Source: Diploschistes diacapsis (Eukaryota). From it: a stretch of DNA of 55,898 nt. The translations under genes were made by a program, and so were the position numbers. Position 1 is the stretch's first letter, and each line of letters begins with the position of its first letter. Below the pieces are notes generated by a model. The model saw only the letters and a program-made list of their open reading frames with translations, was not told where the DNA came from and did no database searches. This document shows, piece by piece, positions 35,617-48,512 of the stretch. Location: positions 1-55,898 of the forward strand of contig JALAIB010000006.1 of NCBI GenBank assembly GCA_023645945.1, in the 5' to 3' direction.

Positions 35617-38318
35617 TCAATCAGCGAGTCCTACACCAAATGCTCTAAGCGTGTCCTTTTGCGATTTCTTGAGCGGAATGTATTCAAAGTTCGTAGGCAA
35701 CGGTGTTCCCGCCCTTCATAAACTCAGGTTAGCATGCGATTGAGGAAATATCCTCAAGTTATTCACTCACTTCAGAAAGTCGAACTTCATATTGCGAGCC
35801 TTGTCCTTCAGACCCACTTGATCACGCAGGGACAGGATGTTTTGTTCATCCATAGTCTTAAGATACGCCCAGCTGACACCATGGAGTTCTATTAGTTCTT
35901 GTAAAGTCTCAACCTCCTCTGCAGACCAAGGTGTGCGGGTTTGGAGAGGCTTCATGGCGCCGGCGCGGCCTGTGAACACTTTGGCGTGTCTGTTTACCAT
36001 CTGGTAAACCTGAAAATTGCTTTGAGTGGTCTCGGCGGGGGTGTGTCCAGTCATCTGCTGAGATGGCCCAGCACTTGACCTTGCTTGCCTGATACGAACT
36101 CGTTTCGATGACGATGGAATTGTCTTAGTTGGTGCAGGTCGCTTTCGATTAGCGAGAGCGGACTCTGGTGGTCGCATTCTGGTGTCCTCCTCGAAACCTT
36201 CGTCCTCGCTAACCTGGGATGTTGACACGTCTGAAACAGCCTTATGTAAGGGAGTGCTGATATGCCTGGACGGTTGACTTTCGAAGCGCACTCGCTCCGC
36301 GTCTGGTTGGCGTTCAAACACCTTGCCTCTGCTGAGTAGTCTTGGTTCCTTTGGCGGAGGGTCATTTTCTTTGTCCTGCTCCCTCTCCAACTGCCGATGA
36401 AGGGAAATTACTTCCTGTCTTTCTTCTCTGGATGGTATTGCCGTTGGATCGTTCTGCGCCTGTGCAATGAAGTTCGCCTCGTCCTCCAATGGAGTCATCC
36501 CAATATCAGGATCCTCTTCCCCAATGTCGTTCTGCGAGTGCTCGGTCTCAACTGGGCGAGCCTGCGGATCGGGTGGCTCCGCAAGACTAGACGCTGAATA
36601 ATCTGACTGCTCAGGAGCTCGAAGCCTTTCGAGTAGTTGTGAGCTTTTCTTGGGAATGCGCGGTACGCTAGACTGTTTTGGCAGCGTCTTAATGTTTACC
36701 TTAGAAGAACTCATGATATTGTCCAATCCCGGCCTCGGCCCTTGTGCATTCGTATCCGGAGGTCTAGATGTTCCACCCTGACCTCGAACAAACTTAAATA
36801 GGTGCTGGATTGCCGCAGGGGAGTTAAATCTAAATAACAGAATTAGCAGCTCGTAAGTCTTGGGCGGAAGCGCTTCATACTTGTAGGGCTTTGCAGTGCT
36901 GGGTATTACGTTCTTTTCTGGAGCTTGTTCAGACGACTCGGACTGTGGCACATCCGAGGGTGGCTGGTAGTCCAATCTGATGTAGCCTCTTTCATCCGGA
37001 TCACCACTAGCAGATACTGTGTTCCTTCGAATGATTTCGTCCTCCAGTGCGGCTTGAACGCCATACCCGATACCTTGGCCTGAATTAAGATAGTCCAGTT
37101 GTTTGACCATTTCATTGTCCCTAGTCCGTGCCCACTCGATGAACATACGAACGAACCGTGAAAGTGGGTAACGAGCTTGAAGGCCTTTCACAGGAGAGAT
37201 TTCCGCGTTCTTGAGTATAAAGTCGTGAATATCGTTGTGTCGTTCCCGCAGAGCGTTTCTCTGTGCTGGACTCAAGTCTGCATGCTGTAAACCTGGCACA
37301 TTCCAAGCTCGAATCGGTCCATTCTCGGTTTCGTTAAATGTTTGCTTCACGACACTATTCGGATCGAAGTTGGGCCTTGTTGACAGCACTGCAAGAGCAT
37401 GTATCGCAAACTGCGTGCGTAACTCAAGCCCTACGCTGAATGATTCTTCGAGTAGTGCACTGGACCCGGTTGAAGGTGCTTCAGAAGACACTTTGAAACC
37501 GCTCAAGAAGCGCTCAGGAAAGTCGCGATCAAGTTTTTCAAGGGGAATACCATCCGTCTCGGCGCCTGCCTTGCGTGACATCAAGTCTGCTACAGTCGAC
37601 GCAAGATTTGCTCTAAACAGTATCACGTCAGGGCGCCAAGGTCCATCCCCAATATCCCCCAGCCGACGGACGCCAAAGAGCCCCCTCAGAGCCAGAGATA
37701 GGTTGATGTAGGGTTCCGATGGGAAAGAGGTAATTGTCTCGTCGAAAGTCTTTTTCAAGCTGTCCAAATTCTTGTGCGCTCGAGATTCAGACAATCCCAA
37801 TTTTTGCATCAGACCCTCCAAAGCTGTTCCTGAGACATTACGCGGAGCACATATATCAAGGATTTTACCCGACAGGTCGTATAGAGCTGGTAGAGCATCT
37901 AGCATGGCCTCCGTACTCAGATCTGCCAGTTCCACTACCGAATTGGAAGTCCTCGTTGTCGTCGTGCCTGACATGTTTGAGACCGCTCCTGATGATTTTA
38001 AATACGGCCGGTTGCTCTGCCCATCCTTTGGTTTGTCCGATACTGGATTGACATCTGCGGGCATTGCAGTGAGAATAGTAATCGGACTCTGGAGACGAGG
38101 AAAAGCATACCTTGTTGGGGGCGGACTTTTGGCTTGCCTTCTTTCTGGATAGGCTCATTGCCTACAGTCTCTGAGGGCTTGGCACTGGAAGTTTGTGCGT
38201 TGCGATGTGAGGCGCCTTTGCGAATCTGGGTACCGGAAGGTTTGCTTTTAGTTGAGCTTCCCTGCACAGTTACCGAAGCAGCGCCAGTGGAGCGCGTCGG
38301 CCTCCGAGTCTGCTCCAT
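35617..38318 (-). CDS. Large protein with C-terminal telobox-type Myb domain (Tbf1/Taz1/TRF-like)
   Basis: TRTPWSAEEVETLQELIELHGVSWAYLK...DQVGLKDKARNMKFDFLK|AGTPLPTNF. Introns near 38070-38110, at 36830-36880 and near 35715-35770. Confidence 0.8.
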
Positions 38319-38815
38319 ATCGACTAGAGTGAGGAGCTAGCTGATGCTACATCATTGTCCCAATATTTGAAGGTGAGAATTGAACAACAGTACGTTGTTT
38401 AACTTGATCATTAAAGCCGCAAAAGCCGCGTAGACACGTGACTTCTGAGTTGGCCGTCCTTCACACTTGTGGTAAGCAAGTAAAATTGATGGCACTTGGC
38501 ACCGTACTATCTGTGGGTATTGTGGTGCCATTATTACATAGCCCCTGTTCCTGCTACTCTGGTCTGGAAAATTGTACAAGTTTACAGACAGCCTTAAAAC
38601 GTATCATTTCCAGTTACCTTTCTCGATTTCCCCTTGTTAGCTCACATGTTACGTCTTTGCTGAACTCGTCACTCTTTTATGTTCAAAACGATAGTGAAGA
38701 TTCGCCCCTTTAACTTTAGGCAGAATCCAATGCACTTTGGTCGTCCTTAACGTCGCATCTCTGTCATCCCCGCTAGGGTATCTTTAACCACTCCTATTCT
38801 GCTGTTATTCTCGAT

Positions 38816-40557
38816 ATGAGAGTTGCGAAGCGCTTAGTAGCACTCTCACTCTTACTCCCGTGTATTGCATACGCCGCAGACGCTTCGACTGAAGCAGACG
38901 TCCAGGCAGTCGAAAGAGCTGATGATGCAAACGGCTCTATCCCCGAGCTGGGATCAAGCTCGAGCTCTGCCACAGCGCCACTAACAAGCTCGACGCCCAA
39001 ACCAGTAGGCAGAAAAGATGCTCCAGTGGATGGGAAGGATGGAAGGCCGCACAAAGGCCCCTTTGTGGAAACAGAGGCGCAGCGTGATCGGCAAAAGGCA
39101 AAAGAGAGCGCACAAGAGGAGGTGCTTCAACCGGGCGTCAAGCCAAAGCCAAAACCAAAAGAGACCTCAGGGAGTCAAGATCTTGGTGATAATTTTGACG
39201 GTCCTTTGCCCGAATCCCACGACGGCGTAATGGACGACCCAAACCGGATGGGGCCAACAGAGGGCACCCGTGGAACAGAAGGGGGCATTTCAGAAAAGAG
39301 CAGGGGCAAAAAGGAGAATCTGGTAGGGCAACTGTCTGGAAATCTCCCTGGTCAGCCAAAGGAAGCTCCTCCTCTACCTCATAGCGAACAAGAAAAAATG
39401 GCCGCGGTAGAGGAAGCGGAACCAAAGTCAACGACCGAGGTGGAAAAACCAAAAGCGAAAGTGGAAGATCTTGAACTCGGTGGCCTCTCTGTAAGTTTCT
39501 CTGACCTGGCTTCGACGTTGGCTAACCCATTCCAGAAACCTGAAGATCTCCCTGACAAGCCTCATGATATTCCTCACCCTTCACCTGCAGGTGGGTCTAA
39601 GAAAGACCCACTAGCTATAAAGCAACCGCAGTCAGCTGGTGACGGCTCCCAACTCGACTCTGTTGCTTTGATCCAGCCATTACATTCTTTTCTGCTCGCC
39701 TTTACAATGATTCTTTTCTCCGAAATTGGCGACAAGACGTTCCTTGTCGCAGCCTTGATGGCCATGAAACACCCACCCACTCTGGTTTTCTCTGCAGCAT
39801 TCTCGGCACTTTTCGTGATGACTATACTTTCAGCAGTACTCGGCCACGCGGTTCCCGCGCTTCTATCTGTTCGGGTTACCAACTTCCTTGCCGCAATCCT
39901 GTTCCTTGGTTTTGGTGGGAAAATGCTCAAGGAAGGCTTTGCATTAAGTCCAAACGCAGGCGTTGGAGAAGAAATGCGAGAGGTGGAAATGGAGCTGGAG
40001 GAGAAGGAGCAGCTTGCACGCCAATACACTCGAAGTCGTTCGTCGATCTCATCCTACGTTTTGGAATCGGGACGCGGTTCCAGGAAAACACGTTCTAGTT
40101 CTCGCTTGCCTGCTCCACCTGACTCTCCACCATCTTCGCCCGATTCTCGATCTCCGTCGCCATCCCGGTCGTCGACACTAGTAGGCGCCCTCGCTGGTAT
40201 TAATAATTTATGTTCTCTTCTACTTAGTCCAGCGTGGGTGCAAACCTTTGTCATGACCTTCCTAGGCGAATGGGGAGACCGCAGTCAGATTGCCACGATT
40301 GCCATGTCCGCTGGGCAAGACTATTGGTGGGTTGCTACCGGATCTTTGGTCGGTCATAGTATCTGTACAGCAGTCGCGGTGGTTGGCGGCCGAGCAATTG
40401 CTGGCAGGGTGAGCCTTCGAGTCGGTGTGTACTGGACTTCTCTCTCTTCTACATACAACAAGTTGACTAATTGATCACAGTCACCCTCGGAGGAGCTTTC
40501 GCGTTCATCGTTTTCGGCTTCGTTTATCTAGCTGAAGCCTACTATTACAAGCATTAA
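38816..40557 (+). CDS. GDT1: GDT1/TMEM165 (UPF0016) Ca2+/Mn2+ transporter with signal peptide and long lumenal N-terminus
   Basis: The two family motifs SEIGDKTF and GEWGDRSQ with flanking TM helices. The last exon encodes TLGGAFAFIVFGFVYL and ends with TAA at 40555-40557. Confidence 0.93.
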
Positions 40558-41508
40558 AGGTTTTTGATATCAGTTTATGCTATTCTAATCGAAATGAATC
40601 ACGATGTATTATATGCCAGTTTCCTTCGGTATGTCTTTCTCATAACCTTAGCAGAAGCTGAGGCTGAGGCGGGCACCATCACACCCTACCGGGTAGCTTG
40701 TTTGGAAGGACTCCAAGCTATTCGACAATGGTTTCACCCACTCGGCAGACCAGGAGAAATAAGCTGAAATGGAACCCGGCAATGGCTGGATATGTAATGT
40801 TAGACGGGAATGGGACAATCACAAAACATTTAACCTGAATACATGCCCTTGCTAACTTCTTCATTGCGCAGTCACTAGCTTCGTATTCGTGACACTTTTG
40901 CCACTCCGGGATTCTTGGGAGAGACAGCTGGCCGATCAAGAGGTCGATGTTGGCGGTTTGCATTCCATAAAGCGTTCACGACGGGCCCAATACTTCTACA
41001 TTGTGTTAGAAGCCGTTCGTCCAGTGACTGGACAACTCTTTGCCTCATTTCACCATGCAACTCGAAATCACAAAGACTCCCCTATATGTTTCAGCTAACA
41101 CATCAAATATACAGTCCAGATAAGCAACTCTGTTATTGATAGACGATCAACCACGTGATAACATCTAGCTGCAGCGCTCAGTTGTACCGATATCGGTTTA
41201 CTCGGACCTGTTGCTTATACATGAGTTCCCTTATTCAGAGACTTTCTGTATTTACTATCACGCAAAGGTGTAACATCGCTTGTACTATTCGTCCCTTTTC
41301 CAATTTCCAGCCCATTTCACATCATAACCAATTCATACTGGTAGCCTCCCCTGCAGTAACGACAGCTAGGTTGTCTTCGGAGAAGGCTTGGTTCGACCAA
41401 CTTCGCTTTTCCGAGCCAGCGCGCACTAATCTTAGCATCGTTGAAGCGCACCTCAGGTCGATCTTGGCTATCCCCCAGATATTCGATGTGCTCGTATTGC
41501 TCTCAACG

Positions 41509-42802
41509 ATGGACTTATATACTAGTACATGCGCATCATGTGCAGACGCTGGACGTTCTATAACCCGAAATCTCTCCGCCTAACGGCCGCGGCCATGAGC
41601 ATCGGCGCACTCAGGTGACGCATGACAAGATCGATCAAGAGGTTCGGAGGCCTTCACTATCATTTGACGAGACTATCAGCTGCGGAAAAGTCGCTGCAAA
41701 CAAGCCTGCAAAGGCTGCACCAAAGAAGAAAGTTGTTACAGAACCTACTTCAGTACCTCAGCCCCCCACGCAGAAGAGACGCCGCTCAGAGACGTGTTGT
41801 CAACATTCCTACCCGACACAAAAAGCAAAACGATCGACTCGGTCGAGGCCCCCCGCCATCGCAGCTCCAAACCTCCAGGAGCCCTCCAAGTACACAGAAA
41901 GAGCGTCCCACTGGCAAAACCAAGAAACTCGGCGTCACCCAAGAAGAATGGACAAGCAGAGAGCCCCAAAAAAACCCCCCCAACACCAGGCGCGTTGAAA
42001 ATGGCAAAGTGGCTCACCTCCCCTCGCCCGCCCTGACACCCAATTTCAGCTTCCGGGCCCGGCTCAACGGAACACACGCGCCGACGACAGCGCAACCAAA
42101 CCCCAAAAGTCCTTGAAGACTTCTCGCCGCAGCCGCCGCCCACTGCCGCGGAAGGAAGGCGCCGTCAGTCCCAAGGGGAAAAAAAACCCCCCCCCGAAAA
42201 CGCGCCTTGGAAGGGCTGGAATCGGCTACGGCACCTTAGCGAGCCACACACGGAAAGACGGTCGCCGCCGCCACCGCGCGGACGAACAAGCCAACGAAGA
42301 AGACGGGCACCGTGCCGCAACCCGAGCCCACGGCTTGACCAGCGTGGGCCCAGCGAAGAGGCAAGATCATCATCATCGAACTTTCGACCTCGTCCTGCGC
42401 AGGGGTGCGAAATCTTGGGTGCGGCTCAGAAGCGATGATCTTGGAAAAAAGAGCGTCGGTGGTAGTGCCGGTGCCAGCAGGACGTGGATGTCGAATCGGG
42501 TGCGTGCTCTCAAGGCTTTTGAGGGGGAAGGGGAGGAAAAGGGGGCGGCTGAGAAAATGGGATCGCTGGGTAAGGGGAGGGGTATTTATTGTGAATGAGT
42601 CGCGGTATGTCGAAGGGTAATGTGTCAAGGGACAGTGTGTCGCGAGAGAGCGCGTCACGGACGGGGACATTGTGGGGAACGGGGTCACTGGGAAGGGAGG
42701 AAGGGGGCAAAGAGGAATGTGAGGGCGGGTTCGGAGGAATGGGAGATTGTTGAGAGTCCTGTCAAGGCAGAAGGAACGAAGGAGGTGCGCAAGAGGCCAT
42801 AG
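41509..42802 (+). pseudogene. Low-complexity Pro/Lys/Gly-rich coding-like tract broken into several frames
   Basis: Overlapping 60-160 aa ORFs switch frame around A/C homopolymer runs (about 41965-41981 and 42179-42195). No recognisable domain. Confidence 0.25.
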
Positions 42803-45800
42803 ATGTTTGGGCTAGATGCCACTTGGATAAAGCCGGCGACGCTCAGTCTTGATGGCCCGTGGCCTTCTAATTCTACCACATTCCTCGAACGAGCGCCCGT
42901 TGCAACAGATCGAGTGTCCATGACCACCGCTATTCGCTCGTAGAAGCGAAAATCGAACAGCAACATCTCCCTAGCAGACATGCCTTCCTCTATCTGGCCT
43001 TTAGCTTGTGCACCATGCTTATGAAAAAGTAACGTGGCTTGGAGCTCCACCCATAGTCTCAGTCGAGGCCGTGCTATCAGCGACTTCACGTCAATGCAGT
43101 GGTTGTGCCCAAGTCGAAAAGCAGGGAATAGCTTCTGTCAAATTTAGGAGCTTCGTCTCTCGGCGCGGGTATTGAGCAACATTTGCTGATCCTTATTAGC
43201 GTTCGAGTTCTAGATGCTCACGGTTGCCAACGAAACTCACTTTGATCGTCCCTCTGTGGGCAAATCTTATCAGGTACAATAGGCCCGCGAACGTCGTTGA
43301 GGCCCTGAGACCATTCAGTAATATATTTTTAGGTAGAGGGAAGATGGGACTCGCGCGCGTGGGTCTCTCATGCTGGGTGATAGACTGGACATCTGCGGTA
43401 ACTCAAATCCGTACCTCTAAAGTACCGCGGTCTCCCCAATGGCCCGCCACGAACTCCTTGACCAGGTCAAGGACCTCGTCCTCGTCGAGTCTTCGAAACT
43501 GTGATGTTTCTGGATGACCATAGAGTGTAAACTGGCGAATATCTAGCCAAAGGTCGCTTCATTCTTCGGTTCCATGTGTGATCCCAATCCTCACCCAAGC
43601 ATTCAGAGCCTCTCGTTAAAGCAGAAATTCTCAGCCATATTTGGCCGGTTTTGCTGCAAAGGTGCTGGATCTAATTAAAGTCTCGAAAGCGTACGTGTTG
43701 CTGGGCAATGTGGAGTGAAGCCGCTCTAGATAGGGAATCTTAAGCGAAGATTTTATGGTAGCCGTGTTCCCAGCCATAATAGGTGAGTGTCTACTCCGGA
43801 AAACTCTAAAAGACCTCCCAGGCAACATTGATGCAGTGAACAGGATCGAAACATACACTCAGTGACCTGAATTTCCAAACAAAGACAAACCGCTTGCTGT
43901 GTAAGCTTTCCTGACAATTCCGATTCAAATGAAATTCACTTAGCTAAATCATATCTCCACAGCTGGCCAGCGCTATCTTATTCCATACTCATGGCCACAG
44001 AAGACTTTCAAAGGGCCTCTGTGGTATAAAAGATAACGCCAGCGACAAGGACTGAGAGAAGCAATATGAAGACGCTGACAGTCTTCCAGAGGGGAGCAAA
44101 TCAATCACGGCGGCATTCAGAAGGAGATACTGCCGTCGTAAGTAATTTTCGATGGTCCGAAGGGAGTGGTGCTTTGGGGTCTCCAGCTGCGAACACAAGA
44201 CTCTACGATTGCTCCTGTGTTGTTTGTACAGCGCTTCTCCCAGATAACAATGTATGAAGAGTGAAAAAGGCTGTGAGCGCCTGGATTCTATCAAGCAGCT
44301 TCCACAGGCATCTCGGAAGATAGGGGAAGAGCAAGCAAAAGACCCAAGACAAGAACCAGGAAATCAAGATGAAACTGAAGGAAATATATCACTGCCAAGA
44401 TAAGAATGTTGACTAAACAGCAAACAGGTAACTAGATATGCTGGATGACTTGCATAGATCATGCTCCTATCGAAACCGTCAGGCCACGGCATGTCCTTCA
44501 CGAGGCACTCTGAGTATTTGTAAGAGCTTTACCAGGGTAGCGCTTCATCGTAAGTAAACGCTCAATTGAAAGAGCGGAGCGCGAAGTAAGGACGATAATT
44601 GCAACACCAAGCATGAGCCACGCTCCCTTCTCCAACAAGGACTCCGCTGAATACCTTGAATAGAGTAGCGGCAATGCTGGAAGCGCTCAATCCTCGAGAA
44701 GACCAGGTCGACTTAGTTACCCTAGAGGCTCTCTATATTTTCAGTGCCGAAATCGTGAAATTGCCGCCGGCTTTTGCGCTCTGCAGTCCACGACGTCTGT
44801 TCTCATAACAGACCACGAAATGCTCAAGAACGATGAATATTAATTGATGGTGGGCCGGATGGTTCTGTGGAGAAAGCAGCTGACGACTCATTGGCCGTAT
44901 CTGATTGCTCAGTTGCTGCTCCCGATAAGCACGTTAGATGCAGCTAAAAATGCAGGTCAGACTTCAAGGATGTCCGGTTAGATTTTTGCGAAGAGTCCTG
45001 CATCCTATAGAAGCTTATGCTGGGCTGGTTTGGTTAGACAAGCGCAAAGCGTTACTCAGAGCTGACGGCCATGAGAACGGAGTGACCAGTCACCGATCAA
45101 TAGCTCATTTTGAGGCTCGATGCGCGCTCGCAAGATCTCTTGCTGACGTGATTGCGAACTATGGAGGGTGGAGCTAGAGTCCAAGAAGCTTGTCTGAACA
45201 TCTGACGGTAGGGCGAAGTTTGGCTCGGGCCATCCACAGTCCAAGAGCGACTGCGACCATGATGCACCACCATGCACTGGGTTGATGGCGGGAGCACTTG
45301 TCGGTTCATCGGACATACGATACGAAGGAAAGGGCAAGCCGAAGGCGAGGCTAGTATTTTCTTGAGCAGATGTCGAACATTGAATATCTCAAGGATGATC
45401 ATGGAAGTTCCAGAGTTCTTTGTTCTGTGTATATAAGCGAGAAGTCAGTCACACAAATGGAGATGGAGATGGAGATATTCCTATGTCCGGTTAAATCCGC
45501 ACAATAACCTATTAAGTGCAGGTACAGCAGTATCTAGCACAGATCCATACCGTGACATACAGCTCCATATCTCTTTCCATTGCTATTCGGAGTCACTGTC
45601 TCTGTCACTATCACCGCTTTCAGCTCAGTTCACCCTGGTAGGCCTGCCAGTATGACCGCCCCCATCTTATTCAATAACAATAAAGTTGTACGGTGCTGGG
45701 CGCAGCTGTGGTCAAGCACCACTAGGTCCACTACCAACACCTCCCCCTGCAGTCAGCGGCTCACCCTCCATCACTACATATGCCACGTTATACATAGCAT

Positions 45801-45920
45801 GACCCTTCAAGATCACTCATCCTACTACCCCCACACAGCCTTATCTCTTATTGATGATGTCTACTTTCTTTCCCCCTCTCCCAAAGCTAGCATAGCCCGT
45901 ATTGCTCTTCGCCTTCCACC

Positions 45921-48512
45921 ATGTCGGACGAGGAGAAGAAGCCGAACAGGCCTCCCAAATGGGGCTTGGGCATCCTCAACGACAAGGAGACCGACGAGGT
46001 GCCTGGTATGTCTGCTCAAGGTACAGATGGCAAGAGCTTACTGACTTGCTTGAGGCTCCATCTTGCTTATGCCAAAGGGTAACGAATTTAACGAACCGCT
46101 CGGTCTACGCGATGCACCAGCCCGCACCTCAGCCTCGACCCTTCCCTCTCCATTTCCTCCAGGTTTCTCGTCTGCACCGCGGTCAGGGTCCAGGTCACCT
46201 CATTCTGAGCCTTCAAGACAGTCTTTCAGATTCAATGTTCAGCCCCCAGAAGAAGACACAACGCTGGTGGAAGAAAAGAAGAAGTCGTCGGCCGGTTTCA
46301 TCCTGGACCCTCAGCCTGAGGAGTCACTCAATGATCCATTGAACTGGAAACAATGGCGGCGGGATCTGGCTCTGCTGTCATTGGGGTTCTTCTGCATGGT
46401 TGGAGGTGGAATGACACCAGTGCTCGCGGCTGGCTACGCAGAGGTATCTCACTCGTTTGGCGTCCCCGTGGCGGAAGTTTCTCTCACCACAGGCTTCTAC
46501 ATGCTTGGACTAGGGCTAGGTGGGGTGATTGTATCGCCGACCGCTATTCTGTTTGGGAAGCGACCCATCTATCTGCTCGGGACCGTACTTTTCACGATTA
46601 GTGCCATCTGGTGTGCCCTTTCACCAAACTATCCTTCCCTTGTAGTCGCTCGAATCTTCATGGGGGTTTCGTTGAGCCCCGTGGAAGCCCTACCTTCGGC
46701 TACAGTTGCTGAGATTTTCTTCCTCCACGAACGCGCTTATCGCCTGGGTATCTACACTCTGTTGCTTCTTGGTGGCAAGAATTTGGTTCCTCTCGTAAGC
46801 GCTGCAATCATCGGTGGGCTAAGTTGGCAATGGGTCTTCTGGTAGGTGCAAAGTATGCGCCAACATGGGCCATTAACTGATGAGCACATCAGGATTGTGG
46901 CTATCGCCGGTGGATTTGCTGGCGTCCTCATATTCTTCTTTGTCCCCGAGACGTTCTGGGACCGAACGCCACGACCGAGAGTTCACCATCATCACCTCTC
47001 ACGCAGTGTTCTCTCTGTTGTCAGTCGTATCTTGACCCCTGGCGGTCACCATCATAGAGAGCACCACGAAGCGCTTGCTGCCCACGAGAATGCAGGGTTT
47101 TCCGACGACCAGAAGGCGACTCTTTCTAGTCTGGCAACAGGAACTAGCTTGAGCAAAGGGACCATTGCCCAGAGGCGTCAGCAAAAGAACGAACATCATG
47201 TTGGTTTCGCTGACGATCCAATGGCTCGGATCCACATCGATCGAACTGCGGCTGGTGGTGTGGGTGGAGAAGCAAAAACACCCCGGGAGGCAGGCGAGAT
47301 CTACGGTGCCAAAACACCAAACACCGGGAACCCATTGAATGCACCGGAATTCTCCAGCAGCGGCGAAGAACCTACGACGAGTGGCGAGGAAACAGTTGCG
47401 CAAGAGAAACAAGCGGCAAAGAACCCAATACCGAAGAAACCTCAGCCCATTCATCGGGACTCATGGCGTGTCCAGCCTGAGGCAAAGGCCCCCAAGACCC
47501 CTGAGCTACCCGAGCTTCATCATTTCAATTCTCCTTCGTACAACAAGCAAGAGGGCGAAACTGCTGACCACCGGCATAGCGACGTCGAAAGTCAGCGTCA
47601 GGCTCTTTCCGTCCCACACTCGCCGCCTGCGGAAGAAGACGAACATGCAACAACAGTACATGCAACTACCTTCGGCTATACGCATCACCTACGTTCAAGG
47701 CCACCAAAAACCTTTGTCGAAACCTTGAAGCCCTGGAATGGCCGACTGCGCAATGACAACTGGGGCAAGGCGATGATGCGCCCCTTTATCCTCTTCGCGT
47801 ATCCTGCCATCCTGTGGTCCGCCTTGGTGTACGCCCTATCTGTTGGCTGGCTGATTGTGCTTTCCGAGTCTGTGGCTGTCGTTTATCAAAACAAGAACAC
47901 GTACAGGTTCAGTGCGTTGCAGACGGGCTTGGTCTACATTGCCCCGTTCGTTGGCGGCGTCCTGGGTACGGCTGTGGCCGGAAAGGTCTCGGATCTTGTG
48001 GTGCGATTCATGGCGCGACGGAACGATGGGGTCTATGAGCCAGAATTCAGGCTTGTAATGACCATTCCGGTCATGTTTGCTACGTGCATCGGTTTAATGG
48101 GATTTGGATGGAGCGCCCAGATCAACGATGCTTGGATTGTGCCGACGGTTCTTTTCGGGGTCATCAGTTTCGGGTGCTCGCTCGGTAGCACGACGGCCAT
48201 CACGTTTGCAGTGGATAGCTATCGCATGTATGCTGGGGAGGCGCTTGTGACGCTGAATTTCTCAAAGAGTAAGTACCTCTGACACATGGCATACGAACAC
48301 GATGGGTGCTAATTAGATGGACAGACGTATTGCACGGCTTCGCCTTCTCCCTATTTTTTACCGGCTGGCTCGAGTCAAACGGGTCCAAACAGGTTTTTCT
48401 TGCCATCGGCGGCATCCAGGTTGCACTGTTGCTCACCACGATACCCATGTACATATTCGGTAAGCGGCTGCGCATGTGGACGGTCCGCAAGAAGATGATG
48501 GAGCGATGGTGA
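45921..48512 (+). CDS. Major facilitator superfamily transporter, HOL1/DHA1-like, 4 exons
   Basis: MSDEEKK...WGLGILNDKETDEVP|GSILL, DPQPEESLNDPLNW, FGKRPIYL, EIFFLHERAYRLG, FFFVPET, GVYEPEFRL and PMYIFGKRLRMW. Confidence 0.92.
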
